Source of the DNA: Myxococcota bacterium
GTDB lineage: Bacteria; Myxococcota_A; UBA796; SXON01
Direction of reading: 5' to 3'
NCBI GenBank assembly: GCA_040386535.1
Contig: JAZKFH010000012.1
Span: 1-64,000 of the forward strand
Length of the DNA stretch: 64,000 bases
The first letter of the stretch is position 1. The number at the start of each line of letters is the position of its first letter. The translations under genes and the position numbers were made by a program. The notes beneath the pieces are model-generated. The model saw only the letters and a list, made by a program, of their open reading frames with translations, did no database searches and was not told the DNA's origin. This document shows, in pieces, positions 41,152 through 56,039 of the stretch.

Positions 41152-41750
41152 GGTCGCGGGGCCCGGCGGTCGCCTGCGTCCTCGCTCTCGTGGGGTGCGC
41201 GCCGCAGGAGGCCGCGCCGCCGCTGCCGAACGCGGCCACCGCCACCGGCGTCGAGGTCGTGGGGGAGGGGTGGAGCGCCGCGGCGGCGACCCTCCGGTTC
41301 GGCGCCGGCTTCGCCCAGGCCGCGGAGCCCGCGGTCGTCCGCACGGCCGACGGCAAGCCCCCGCTGGAGATCGTGGCCGAGCGCTCGGACTGGGATCTGA
41401 AGGCGCGCACCGCGCGGTTCGTGGGCGCCGTCCAGGTGCGGCGCGGCGAGGTGACCATGCGCTGCGACACGCTCGAGGTGCGCTATGCCGACGCCGAGCG
41501 CATCGATCGTGTGGTCGCGACCGGAGCCGTCGAGGTGAACCGCGGGGAGCGCCGCGCGAAATCCGCAGCGGCCGAGCTGGACGGCGCGACCGGCAAGATC
41601 GCCCTCACGGGTGAGCCCCGCCTCTCCGAGGGGCCGAACACGCTCGTCGGCCACACGATCGTGCTCTGGCTCGACGATGAGCGCGCGACCTGCGAGGGAG
41701 TGGCCGGCACGCCCTGTCGCCTCGTGGTCGAGGGATCGGCGCTCCGGTGA
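41148..41750 (+). CDS. lptA: LptA/OstA-family LPS transport protein
   Basis: [38 protein letters not shown] beta-jellyroll; directly upstream of lptB. Confidence 0.75.
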   Translation: MRSRGPAVACVLALVGCAPQEAAPPLPNAATATGVEVVGEGWSAAAATLRFGAGFAQAAEPAVVRTADGKPPLEIVAERSDWDLKARTARFVGAVQVRRGEVTMRCDTLEVRYADAERIDRVVATGAVEVNRGERRAKSAAAELDGATGKIALTGEPRLSEGPNTLVGHTIVLWLDDERATCEGVAGTPCRLVVEGSALR

Positions 41751-42514
41751 CCCATCCGGGCGCCGTCGGCCTCGTCGCCACCGGGCTTACCAAGGCCTAC
41801 GGAAGGCGCAGCGTCGTGAGCGGGGTATCGTTGGAGGTGCCGCCGGGCAGCGTGCACGGCCTGTTGGGCCCCAATGGGGCAGGGAAGACGACGATCTTCC
41901 GCATGCTCGCGGGGGTGGAGCGGCCCGACGCGGGCACTGTCTCGCTGGGCGGGCGCCGCCTCGATGCCCTCCCGTTGCACCGGCGCGCGCGGGAGGGGCT
42001 CGGATATCTCCCGCAAGAAGACACGCTTTTCCGCGACCTGGATGTCCGAGGCAACGTGGCCCTCGCCGCGGCCATGGCGTCCGGTGCGCCCGACCCGGAC
42101 GAGCTCCTTGCCCGGGTGGGGATCGGGCACCTCGCGGCGCGGCGGGTGGACGGTTTGTCGGGCGGGGAGCGTCGTCGCCTCGAGATCGCACGCATCCTCG
42201 CGATGGGGCCGCGCTTGCTGCTCCTGGACGAGCCCTTCGCCGGCATCGATCCGGTCGCCGTCGCCGGGCTCCAGGCCCTCGTCCGCGCCCTGGCGGCGTC
42301 GGGCATCGCCGTGCTCGTGACCGATCATGCCGTCCGAGAGACGCTCGCCATCTGCGACCGGGCCACCGTTCTGGACGGCGGAACTGTACAGGTAGAAGGG
42401 GAGCCATCGGTCGTCGCGAGCAACGCGCGGGCGCGGGCGCGGTACCTGGGCCCCGACTTCGTACTGTCCGCGCCTTTGCCAAGCGGTCGCAACACCGATA
42501 CGATACCGGAGTAG
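41747..42514 (+). CDS. lptB: LPS export ABC transporter ATP-binding protein
   Basis: GPNGAGKT, GYLPQE, LSGGERRRLEIAR, LLDEPFAGIDP, TDH. Confidence 0.95.
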   Translation: MTHPGAVGLVATGLTKAYGRRSVVSGVSLEVPPGSVHGLLGPNGAGKTTIFRMLAGVERPDAGTVSLGGRRLDALPLHRRAREGLGYLPQEDTLFRDLDVRGNVALAAAMASGAPDPDELLARVGIGHLAARRVDGLSGGERRRLEIARILAMGPRLLLLDEPFAGIDPVAVAGLQALVRALAASGIAVLVTDHAVRETLAICDRATVLDGGTVQVEGEPSVVASNARARARYLGPDFVLSAPLPSGRNTDTIPE

Positions 42515-42580
42515 ACGAACGAAAAAGCTGCTTCGTCGGGCCGATCGCCCGGCCCGGCGTATGTGGAGGTCGAGGAATCG

Positions 42581-44020
42581 ATGGGGCTGGAGATCAAGCA
42601 GAACCTGCGGCTCCAGCAAACGCTCGCGATCACGCCCCAGCTGCAACAGGCGATCAAGCTCCTCCAGCTGAACCACATGGAGCTCGTCGAGCAGGTCCAA
42701 CAGGAGATGTTGGAGAACCCGACGCTCGAAGAGGTCCCCGACACCGCGGTGGACACCACGAGCGACGCCGAGCGTGCGTTGGAGACCCAGGCGGCCGAGG
42801 TAAATCGGGACGTCGAGGAGCAGAACAACGGCCAGGGCGACGATGTCGACTGGAACAAGTACATGGAGAGCCAGGGCTCCGACCAGGGCCCGCCGCGCGG
42901 CGCGAGCGGCCTGGAGGAGCTCCCCCCGATCGAGACCAACCTCGTCGGGCGCGAGTCCCTGGCCGAGCACCTCGAGTGGCAGCTCCAGATGCAGAGCTGC
43001 ACCGACGGCGAACGCGCCGCGGCGATGCTCATCATCCGCAACCTCGACGATCGGGGTTGGCTCTCGGTGCTCCTGAGTGACCTGGTCGAGGGCCAGGATG
43101 TCGATCTCGAGGACTTCGAAGGCGCGCTGGACATCGTTCAGCACCTCGATCCGCTCGGATGTGGCGCGCGCAGCCTCGAGGAGTGCCTGCTCGTCCAGGT
43201 CGGCATCATCTACCCGGACGACTGCACGTTCGTCGTGCTGATCAAGAACCACCTCGGGGACTTCGAGAAGCGCAACTACGCCGCCATCGCCAAGGCGCTC
43301 CAGATCGACATGGAGGACGTGGGCGAGTACCACCGGATGCTCAAGGTGCTCGAGCCTTGGCCGGGTCGGGACTACACAGCGGCGGAACCGCAGTACATCT
43401 CCCCCGACGTCCACGTGTTCAAGATCGGGGACGAGTGGCAGGTGCTGCAGAACGAAGACGGGCTCCCGAAGCTGCGGATCAGCAAGCATTACAAGCAGAT
43501 CCTGCAGGGCAAGGACTCGACACGCGCGGAGCGCGACTACATCAAGGAGCGGCTCAACAGCGCCGACTTCCTGATCAAGTCGATCTACAAGCGCCAGAAC
43601 ACCATCGGGCGCGTCATGCGCTGCATCATCAAGCGGCAGGCGGACTTCTTCGATCACGGTCCCGAGCAGCTCCGCCCGATGGTCCTCCGGGACGTGGCAG
43701 ACGAGCTCGGAGTCCACGAGTCAACGGTCTCCCGGGTGACCTCGAACAAGTACGTCCAGTGCCCGCAGGGCATCTTCGAGCTCAAGTTCTTCTTCAACAA
43801 CGGGGTCAACGCCGTCCATGGCGAGCAGGTGGCGGCGGAGACCGTGAAGCGGCGCATCAAGAAGATGATCGCCGCGGAGGACGCCTCGAACCCGCTGTCG
43901 GACGACGCCGTGGTCCGCGTATTGCAGAAGGAGAACATCGACATCGCTCGCCGTACGGTCGCGAAATACCGCGAGGCCATGGGGATTCTCCCGTCCTCGA
44001 AACGTCGCAATGTGTGTTGA
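42581..44020 (+). CDS. rpoN: RNA polymerase sigma-54 factor
   Basis: TPQLQQAIKLLQL, HESTVSRV, RpoN box ARRTVAKYR. Confidence 0.99.
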   Translation: MGLEIKQNLRLQQTLAITPQLQQAIKLLQLNHMELVEQVQQEMLENPTLEEVPDTAVDTTSDAERALETQAAEVNRDVEEQNNGQGDDVDWNKYMESQGSDQGPPRGASGLEELPPIETNLVGRESLAEHLEWQLQMQSCTDGERAAAMLIIRNLDDRGWLSVLLSDLVEGQDVDLEDFEGALDIVQHLDPLGCGARSLEECLLVQVGIIYPDDCTFVVLIKNHLGDFEKRNYAAIAKALQIDMEDVGEYHRMLKVLEPWPGRDYTAAEPQYISPDVHVFKIGDEWQVLQNEDGLPKLRISKHYKQILQGKDSTRAERDYIKERLNSADFLIKSIYKRQNTIGRVMRCIIKRQADFFDHGPEQLRPMVLRDVADELGVHESTVSRVTSNKYVQCPQGIFELKFFFNNGVNAVHGEQVAAETVKRRIKKMIAAEDASNPLSDDAVVRVLQKENIDIARRTVAKYREAMGILPSSKRRNVC

Positions 44021-44037
44021 GTTGGGAGGAATGGCAG

Positions 44038-44328
44038 ATGGATTTGGAGTTCACCTTCCGCAACGTCGAGCCCACCGAGGCGATCAAGGCCTGGGCCAAC
44101 AAGCGCTTCCAGAAGGTCACCAAGCACCTCAAGGACCCGTCCTCGGCTCACATCGAGCTGTCCGTCGACAAGCACCGGCACCGCGCCGAGCTCACCGTTC
44201 ACAGCCACGGTGACATCCTTCGCGCCAGTGACGAAACGGACGACCTCTACACCACCCTCGACCAGGTGATGCAGAAGCTCGAGGCCGCAGCCCAGCGCCA
44301 GAAAGAGCGCACCACGGTGACCCGCTAA
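44038..44328 (+). CDS. hpf: Ribosome hibernation promoting factor (short HPF/RaiA)
   Basis: TFRNVEPTEAIK...DLYTTLD..KLE; directly after rpoN. Confidence 0.92.
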   Translation: MDLEFTFRNVEPTEAIKAWANKRFQKVTKHLKDPSSAHIELSVDKHRHRAELTVHSHGDILRASDETDDLYTTLDQVMQKLEAAAQRQKERTTVTR

Positions 44329-44473
44329 TCGTCGTCACGCGTAGCGCGGGGAGCCGTTCCGAGCGCATCTGTGCCCACCGGTCTTGACGCGACCGGCCAA
44401 CACCGACATACTCCTCGCGCCGTTTATGCCCCGCCCCCAGGCGGGGCGCTTGCTTAAGAGGAATCCAAACTCC

Positions 44474-45661
<1,188 letters not shown>

Positions 45662-45680
45662 CGACGGGCCGTGGTCGAGA

Positions 45681-45716
45681 GGGGGGCTCGGCTTCGGCCG
45701 GGCCTTCTTTGTTTTT
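45681..45716 (+). terminator. Intrinsic terminator after metK
   Basis: GGCTCGGC-TTCG-GCCGGGCC stem-loop followed by TTCTTTGTTTTT. Confidence 0.8.
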
Positions 45717-45741
45717 GCGGCAGTCGCTTGGGAGCCGTGCC

Positions 45742-45772
45742 AAAACGAGAGAGGGCCGCCCCGTGGCGGCCC
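45742..45772 (-). terminator. Probable terminator after sdhB
   Basis: GGGCCGCC-CCGT-GGCGGCCC stem with a pyrimidine/T tail on the minus strand. Confidence 0.6.
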
Positions 45773-45797
45773 CGTCGGGTAACCGAACGATCCGGTT

Positions 45798-46567
45798 CTA
45801 GCCGCCGTCCCCGCCGCTCACGTGGGGGGACTTCAACAGGTTCGCAACGGTGAACTCGCCGTTCATCCGCGCGATGCTCGTGAGCGGGATCGCCTTCGGG
45901 CACGCCTCGGCACATTCGCCGTGCCAGGTGCAGTGCCCGAAGTCCTGCTTGTCCATCGCCAGGACCATGTTGGTGGCGCGCTCGTAGCGCTCCGGCTCGC
46001 CCTGGGGGAGCAGGTTGAGGTGCGCGACCTTGGCGCTCGTGAAGAGCATCGCGGAGGCGTTGGGGCAGGCCGCCACACACGCGCCGCACTGGATGCATGC
46101 GGCGTTGTCGAACGACTGGTCGGCCAGGCTCTTCGGGACGGGCGTGGAGTTCGCCTCGGGGGCGCTGCCCGTGTTCACGCTGACGAACCCGCCGGCCTGC
46201 ACGATGCGGTCCATCGAGGCGCGGTCGACCACGAGGTCCTTGAGGATCGGGAACGCGCTGGCGCGCCAGGGCTCGAGGTACAGCTCGTCGCCGTCCTTGA
46301 ACGAGCGCATGTGGAGCTGACACACGGTCGTGCGCGGCATGGGCCCGTGGGGACGGCCGTTGATCATGAAGCCGCAGCTGCCGCAGATGCCCTCGCGGCA
46401 GTCGTGCTCGAAGGCGACGGGGTCCTGCCCCTCGCCGGCGAGCCGCTCGTTGAGCACGTCGAGCATCTCGAGGAACGACATGTGCTCGCTCACGTTGCTC
46501 ACGGCGTACTTCGCGAAGGCACCGGCGGCGGTGCGCTCCTTCTGGCGCCACACATGGAGAGTGAGGT

Positions 46568-46571
<4 letters not shown>
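45798..46571 (-). CDS. sdhB: Succinate dehydrogenase/fumarate reductase Fe-S subunit
   Basis: [33 protein letters not shown]. Confidence 0.97.
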
Positions 46572-48493
<1,922 letters not shown>

Positions 48494-49177
48494 CTACTTC
48501 ACCAGTCCGAGGAGGATGGCGGCGGCGATCGCGACGTTGCCGCCGACGATGAGGGCGGTGACGCCGGACGCGGCGAGCTTGGCGAGGTGCTGCTGGCGGT
48601 CGGTCGCGAGGCCGAGCGTGCGGAACATCGCGTACCCGCCGTGGAAGAGGTGCATCCCGAGCAGCACGTTCGCGACGATGTAGAAGATGCCCCAGCCCGG
48701 CAGCGAGAGCAGCGCCACGGTGTTGTGGTAGGCCTCGGGCGCGCCGAAGCCCTCGGCGCCCTCCTGCATCCGGAAGTCGGGGTGGACCAGGCCGAACGTC
48801 AGGTTCAGCAGGTGCAGCACCACGAACACGAGGATGATCGGGCCGGAGATCTGCATGGTGCGCGAGTAGATGGTCGACGCGCGGCTCTGCTTGACCTTGT
48901 AGGCGACCGGGCGCGCCGCGCTCGAGCGCATCCGCAGGTTCACCCACGAGAAGATGTGCGCCACGATGGCCAGCAGCAGGCCGATGCGGGCCGGCCAGAT
49001 GACCTCGGGGAACGTGTGCAGGAACACGCTGTGGTGGTTGTGGAACTCGGGGCCCCAGAACACCAAGAGGTTGCCCGCCATGTGTACGATCAGAAAGCCG
49101 TACATGGCGGCGCCCGTCAGGGCCATGATGACCTTCGCGCCCACCGTCGAGCGCGAGAAGGTGAGGAGCCAGCTCAT
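48494..49177 (-). CDS. sdhC: Succinate dehydrogenase cytochrome b subunit (single-anchor type)
   Basis: KVIMALTG, HMAGNL, five TM segments with His ligands. Confidence 0.93.
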   Translation of the reverse strand: MSWLLTFSRSTVGAKVIMALTGAAMYGFLIVHMAGNLLVFWGPEFHNHHSVFLHTFPEVIWPARIGLLLAIVAHIFSWVNLRMRSSAARPVAYKVKQSRASTIYSRTMQISGPIILVFVVLHLLNLTFGLVHPDFRMQEGAEGFGAPEAYHNTVALLSLPGWGIFYIVANVLLGMHLFHGGYAMFRTLGLATDRQQHLAKLAASGVTALIVGGNVAIAAAILLGLVK

Positions 49178-49354
49178 CGGTAGCCTCGGTGGCGTCGTTG
49201 CGTCGGGGTCCACGAATGTATCCGGTCGCGACCGCCGGGGCCACGGTTCGGGCCCCCCGGATCACGCTGGCGAGGCCTCCTCCAAGGACGGGCACGAGGA
49301 CGCTGGCGCCCGCGCCTAGGGTCCGCTAAATGGTGCCGCTTATCGGAGACGGCG

Positions 49355-50524
49355 ATGGCTGATACCAAGAAGGTCTTGTTCGAGATCACCGAGGAACACC
49401 TCGACACGGGGCTTCGTGGATTCCCCGTCGGAACCTGTAGGACTTCGTCGGTCGACCCGATGGAGGGCGTGCACTACGTCGGCTACCCCGTGGCCGACCT
49501 CGCGCTGCTCGACCCCGAAGCGGTCGTCTACCTGCTCTTCAACAAGGAGCTCCCCAACGCCGAGCAGCTCACCGCCTTCAAGGCGGACCTCGCGAGCCGC
49601 GCCAAGGTCGATCGCTCGGTGATCGACATGCTCAAGGTGCTCCCGAAGGAAGGCCACCCGATGGAGTGGCTCATCGCGGGCCTCACCTTCCTCGGCATGA
49701 CCGGCAAGACCGGTGACTTCCGGGAGGACGGTCTGAACATGATCGCCCGCTCGGGCGAGCTCATCGCGAACATCTTCCGCATCCGCTCCGGCTGGGGTGA
49801 CCCCATCCCGAGCAAGCCCGAGCTCGGGCTCGTCGAGAACATGGTCCACATGATGGGCGCCCCGGACGCCGATGCCGAGAAGCTCATCAAGCTCCTCCGC
49901 ATCTACTACGTGCTCCACGCCGATCACGGCGGCGGCAACCTCTCCACGTTCGTCGGCAAGTCTGTCGCGTCCGGCCTCGCCGATCAGTACAGCTCCCTCG
50001 CCGCGTCGATGGCCGGGCTCTACGGCCCCCTGCACGGCCGCGCGAACCAGGAGTGCCTGGAGTTCATCCAGAAGGTCGGCAGCACCGACCCGGACACGGT
50101 CGAGTCCTTCGTCCGCAACGAGGTCGCCACCGGCGGCAAGATCTACGGCTTCGGGCACGCCGTGCTCCGCGCCGAGGATCCCCGCGCCAAGGTGCAGTAC
50201 GCCCTCGGCGAGGAGCTCTGCCCGAACGACCCGTGGTTCCGCACCTCGGTCGTCCTCCGTGAGCGCGCCGTGAAGGTCCTCAAGGAGAACCCGAAGATCC
50301 AGAACCCGTACCCCAACGTCGACGCGGTCTCCGGCGCCCTCACGAACGCGTGCGGCCTGAAGGATCCCGAGTACTACACGGTGCTGTTCGGCTTCTCCCG
50401 CATCTCGGGCATCGCCGCCCAGATCGTGGACGAGCGGCTCGTCGCCCGCGGTGGCAAGGGCGTGCCGATCTACCGCTGCAAGTACATCGCGAAGGACCAG
50501 CCCAAGCGCCGTCTGAACGCGTAA
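49355..50524 (+). CDS. gltA: Citrate synthase
   Basis: HADHGGGN, GPLHGRAN, GFGHAVLR.EDPR, YPNVD. Confidence 0.95.
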   Translation: MADTKKVLFEITEEHLDTGLRGFPVGTCRTSSVDPMEGVHYVGYPVADLALLDPEAVVYLLFNKELPNAEQLTAFKADLASRAKVDRSVIDMLKVLPKEGHPMEWLIAGLTFLGMTGKTGDFREDGLNMIARSGELIANIFRIRSGWGDPIPSKPELGLVENMVHMMGAPDADAEKLIKLLRIYYVLHADHGGGNLSTFVGKSVASGLADQYSSLAASMAGLYGPLHGRANQECLEFIQKVGSTDPDTVESFVRNEVATGGKIYGFGHAVLRAEDPRAKVQYALGEELCPNDPWFRTSVVLRERAVKVLKENPKIQNPYPNVDAVSGALTNACGLKDPEYYTVLFGFSRISGIAAQIVDERLVARGGKGVPIYRCKYIAKDQPKRRLNA

Positions 50525-50607
50525 GCGAGCTTCGCCGGGCGTCCTCGGGCGCCCGGCATCCGCAGGCCGCCCTGGGATGACCGCCTCGGGATGAAGGGGG
50601 GAGACCG

Positions 50608-51908
<1,301 letters not shown>

Positions 51909-51912
<4 letters not shown>

Positions 51913-53144
51913 AGCTTCACGAGTACCAAGGTAAAGAGCTCCTCCGCAAGCACGGCGTCTCCACGCTGGCAGGGGGCGCCGCGCGCACGGTCGATGAGGC
52001 CGTCACCGTCGCCGAGTCCCTCGGCGGGTCGGTGTGGGTGGTCAAGTCGCAGATCCACGCGGGTGGGCGCGGCAAGGGCCGCTTCAAGGGCGACGTGGCC
52101 GACGAGGTCCTCGCGCAGGTCCTCGAGGGCGTCGACAACCTGCCCGGCAAGGGCGGGGTTCGCGTCTGCACCTCGACCGACGCGGTGCGCGCCGCGGCGC
52201 AGGCGTTCCTGGGGAACACCCTCGTCACCAAGCAGACCGGCGCGGCCGGTAGCCTCGTGCAGACCCTCTTCGTCGAGGCGGGCTGCCAGATCGTGAAGGA
52301 GTACTACCTCGCGATCCTGCTCGACCGCGCCACCAGCCGCGTGCTGGTCATGGCGTCGGCCGAGGGCGGCACCGAGATCGAGGAGGTCGCCGAGCACCAC
52401 CCCGAGCGGATCCTGAAGGAGTGGGTCGATCCGGTCGCCGGCCTCGGCGCCTGGCAGGCCCGTCGTCTCGCGTTCGGGCTCGGCCTCACCGGCAAGACCG
52501 TGAACAGCTTCGTGAAGCTGGTCCTCGGGCTGTACCGCACGTACGACGCGATCGACGCCTCGATGCTCGAGATCAACCCGCTGGTGGTCACGGCCGCCGG
52601 CGACACGATCCCGCTCGACGCGAAGGTCACGATCGACGACAACGCGCTGTTCCGCCACCCCGACATCGTGCAGATGCGCGATCTCGCCGAGGAGGACCCC
52701 GCGGAGATCGAGGCCGGCAAGTACGACCTCTCCTACGTCAAGCTCGACGGCACCATCGGCTGCCTCGTGAACGGCGCGGGTCTCGCGATGGCGACCATGG
52801 ACATCATCAAGTTCTACGGTGAAGAGCCGGCGAACTTCCTCGATGTCGGCGGCGGCGCCACGAAGGAGAAGGTCACCGCGGCCTTCAAGATCATCACCCG
52901 CGATCCCGCGGTGAAGGGCATCCTCGTCAACATCTTCGGCGGCATCATGAAGTGTGATGTCATCGCCGAGGGCGTGCTCACGGCGGTGCGCGAGGTGGGC
53001 CTGTCCGTGCCCCTGGTGGTGCGCCTCGAGGGCACCAACGTCGAGCTCGGCAAGAAGATCCTGGCGGAGAGCGGCCTCGCCGTCATCCCCGCCGACACGA
53101 TGGCGGACGCGGCCGAGAAGATCGTTGCCGCTGTGAGGGCGTAG
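51909..53144 (+). CDS. sucC: Succinyl-CoA synthetase beta subunit
   Basis: [33 protein letters not shown]. Confidence 0.98.
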
Positions 53145-53147
53145 ACC

Positions 53148-54026
53148 ATGGCCATCCTCGTCGATTCCAACACCCGCCTCGTCTGCCAGGGCATCACCGG
53201 CTCGGCCGGCGCGTTCCACTGCGGCCAGATGCTGGCCTACGGCACCAAGCTCGTCGCGGGCGTCACCCCCGGAAAGGGCGGCACCCTCTTCAACGACGCG
53301 GTGCCCATCTACGACACCGTGGCCGACGCGGTGCGTGAGACCGGCGCCAACGCCACCGTCATCTTCGTGCCGCCGCCGTTCGCGGCCGACGCGATCATGG
53401 AGGCCGCGGACGCCGGCGTGAAGCTGATCGTGCCGATCACCGAGGGCATCCCGGTGAAGGACATGATCATCGCGTGGCGCTACCTGCAGGGCAAGGACGT
53501 GCGGATGATCGGGCCCAACTGCCCCGGCATCATCACCCCCGGCCAGTGCAAGATCGGCATCATGCCGGGCCACATCCACACGCCGGGCCGCATCGGCGTG
53601 CTCTCGCGTTCGGGCACCCTGACCTACGAGGCGGTGGGCCAGCTCTCCCGCGTCGGGCTCGGGCAGTCGACCGCGATCGGCATCGGTGGCGATCCGATCA
53701 TCGGCACCAAGCACATCGACGCGCTCAAGCTCTTCAATGACGACCCCGACACCGACGCGGTCATCATGATCGGCGAGATCGGCGGAAGCGCCGAGGAAGA
53801 GGCGTGCGCGTGGGCCAAGGTGCACATGAAGAAGCCTGTCATCGGCTTCATCGCGGGCGCCACCGCCCCGCCGGGCCGCCGCATGGGCCACGCGGGCGCG
53901 ATCATCTCCGGCGGGCAGGGCACCGCCGAGGCGAAGTACCAGGCGATGGAGGATGCCGGCATCCACATCGTCCGTAGCCCCGCCGAGATGGGCCGCAAGA
54001 TGGCGCAGGTGCTCGGCAAGGCGTAG
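53148..54026 (+). CDS. sucD: Succinyl-CoA synthetase alpha subunit
   Basis: [22 protein letters not shown]. Confidence 0.98.
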   Translation: MAILVDSNTRLVCQGITGSAGAFHCGQMLAYGTKLVAGVTPGKGGTLFNDAVPIYDTVADAVRETGANATVIFVPPPFAADAIMEAADAGVKLIVPITEGIPVKDMIIAWRYLQGKDVRMIGPNCPGIITPGQCKIGIMPGHIHTPGRIGVLSRSGTLTYEAVGQLSRVGLGQSTAIGIGGDPIIGTKHIDALKLFNDDPDTDAVIMIGEIGGSAEEEACAWAKVHMKKPVIGFIAGATAPPGRRMGHAGAIISGGQGTAEAKYQAMEDAGIHIVRSPAEMGRKMAQVLGKA

Positions 54027-54054
54027 CACTCGAGGGTCCTTCGTGGACTCGAAC

Positions 54055-54090
54055 AGGGGTCGGCCGCGAGGCCGGCCCCTTCTTCGTTTT
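54055..54090 (+). terminator. Intrinsic terminator after sucD
   Basis: AGGGGTCGGCC-GCGA-GGCCGGCCCCT followed by TCTTCGTTTT. Confidence 0.75.
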
Positions 54091-54140
54091 ACAGGACGTC
54101 GCGGACGAGATAGAGCGCCGGCCCCTTCCAGGAGCATCCC

Positions 54141-54560
54141 ATGGCCACCGAGCGCACCCTCTCCATCATCAAGCCCGACGCCGTCAAGAACCAGAACATC
54201 GGCGCGATCATCGCCCGCTTCGAGTCCGAAGGCCTCCGCATCGCCGCCGCGAAGAAGGTCCAGCTCGATCGTCGTGAGGCCGAGGGCTTCTACGCCGAGC
54301 ACGCCGGCCGCGGCTTCTTCGGCGAGCTCGTCGAGTTCATGACCTCCGGCCCCGTGGTCGTGATGGTGCTCGAGGGCGACGACGCGATCGCGAAGAACCG
54401 CACCATCATGGGCGCCACCAACCCCGCCAACGCCGCCGAGAACACCCTCCGCAAGCTCTTCGCCGCGTCCGTCGGCGAGAACGCCGTGCACGGCTCCGAT
54501 TCCCCCGCGTCGGCCGCCCGTGAAGTGTCCTACTTCTTCGCCGCCACCGAGATCCTCTAA
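54141..54560 (+). CDS. ndk: Nucleoside diphosphate kinase
   Basis: [25 protein letters not shown]. Confidence 0.99.
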   Translation: MATERTLSIIKPDAVKNQNIGAIIARFESEGLRIAAAKKVQLDRREAEGFYAEHAGRGFFGELVEFMTSGPVVVMVLEGDDAIAKNRTIMGATNPANAAENTLRKLFAASVGENAVHGSDSPASAAREVSYFFAATEIL

Positions 54561-54636
54561 GAACGCGCGTCCCTGATCTCCGCTATGCTGTCGCCTCTCC
54601 GGACATCTCGTTCCGGACATCTCGGAGGGAGACGCC

Positions 54637-55416
54637 ATGGCGAAGCAGATCGGGGACGGCTTCCACCTCAAGTTCACGATCGGCAAGGCCCTGTGGAACG
54701 ACATGTTCCGCGTGGGCCTCCCGTTCAAGGTGTCCGACGGGCAGTTCGACCTCGTCGACAACCTGCGCTCGGGCTTCAAGCGGCTCGAGGTCCGGGAGAA
54801 GGTGAGGGGGCTGCTGGAGGATCGTGAGGTCCCCCAGGTGCTCCTGCGCGGCAAGGAGATCGCCAAGACCGTGTGGGGCCACCGCCGCGAGCAGGTGTAC
54901 CGCGTCGTGAACGAGATGGTGCGCGTCGAGGGAGACTGGAAGGTCGAGGTCGACCAGGAAGGCTCCGAGTTCAAGTACTCGCACCAGCGCTTCGGCGTCG
55001 AGGCCCACGTCAAGGCCGTCGCCACCGGCAAGGTGTACCTGCTCCGCCAGAACATCGAGTTCCCGTTCGTGCTGGAGAAGCGCATCGGCGCCGAGGCCGC
55101 CCTGGGCGACATCCGGTACGACAAGGAGCGCCGCGCGCTCGTGGGCCACCTCGAGGACGTGACGGTCGACCTCGGGGACAACTTCATCCTCCAGCTGCTC
55201 AACCGCGGCGCCGAGTACCTGCTGGCCCAGCAGACCCCCAAGGTGAACCCGGTCCAGATCCTCAAGAAGGATCAGATCGAGGAGATGATCAGCCCCGCCG
55301 GCGGCCCGCTGCGGCTCAAGATGGGCGTCGAGGACGTTGCGCTCGACATCGACGAGGACGAGCTCACCCTCAAGGTGAAGTTCGGCTTCGCCCAGCTGCA
55401 GATCGAAGGCAGCTGA
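54637..55416 (+). CDS. Hypothetical protein
   Basis: Strong SD and core-like codon usage; TGATG-coupled to the next gene; no family recognised. Confidence 0.8.
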   Translation: MAKQIGDGFHLKFTIGKALWNDMFRVGLPFKVSDGQFDLVDNLRSGFKRLEVREKVRGLLEDREVPQVLLRGKEIAKTVWGHRREQVYRVVNEMVRVEGDWKVEVDQEGSEFKYSHQRFGVEAHVKAVATGKVYLLRQNIEFPFVLEKRIGAEAALGDIRYDKERRALVGHLEDVTVDLGDNFILQLLNRGAEYLLAQQTPKVNPVQILKKDQIEEMISPAGGPLRLKMGVEDVALDIDEDELTLKVKFGFAQLQIEGS

Positions 55417-56027
55417 TGCTCTGGCGGCCGGGGAAGACCAAGGCAAAGGAGCGCTCCTCCGAGCGGCTCCCCCCCGGCCAACGCCTCGTGAAGGGCTGGC
55501 CGGTGCTGCACGAGGGCGAGGTCCCCACGTTCGACCCGGAGACCTGGCGCTTCCGCGTGTGGGGGGAGGTCGAGACGCAGCTGGAGTGGACGTGGGACGA
55601 GGTCCAGGCGCTCCCGCGGATGGAGACGACCCAGGACTTCCACTGCGTCACCACCTGGTCCAAGTACGACAACCGGTGGTCGGGTGTGGCCGTGCGCGAG
55701 GTCCTCGCCCGCGCCGGGGTGCGCGCGAGCGCGGCCCACGTGTTGGTCCACTGCTACGACGCGCTCGGCTACACCACGAACCTGCCCCTGGCCGACTTCG
55801 ACCGCGCGGACAACCTGTTCGCGCTCGCCCACGACGGCGCGCCGCTCCCCCCCGATCACGGCGGCCCCATCCGGCTCGTCGTGCACCACCTCTACGCGTG
55901 GAAGTCGGCGAAGTGGGTGTCGGGGGTCGAGGTGCTGCCGAAGGACGTGCGCGGCTACTGGGAGGAGCGCGGGTACCACAACCGCGCGGATCCCTGGCTC
56001 GAAGAGCGGTACTCCTACCAGGAGTGA
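55416..56027 (+). CDS. Sulfite-oxidase-like molybdopterin oxidoreductase (YuiH-like)
   Basis: RLPPGQ, DFHCVTTWS, HGGPIRLVV..LYAWKSAKW, GYWEERGYH. Confidence 0.93.
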   Translation: MLWRPGKTKAKERSSERLPPGQRLVKGWPVLHEGEVPTFDPETWRFRVWGEVETQLEWTWDEVQALPRMETTQDFHCVTTWSKYDNRWSGVAVREVLARAGVRASAAHVLVHCYDALGYTTNLPLADFDRADNLFALAHDGAPLPPDHGGPIRLVVHHLYAWKSAKWVSGVEVLPKDVRGYWEERGYHNRADPWLEERYSYQE

Positions 56028-56039
56028 GCCCGCTCGCTT

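Noticed and set aside
52080..52150. Insertion in SucC after GGRGKG
   Set aside because: This loop varies in length among SucC proteins, so it is not evidence of a new function.
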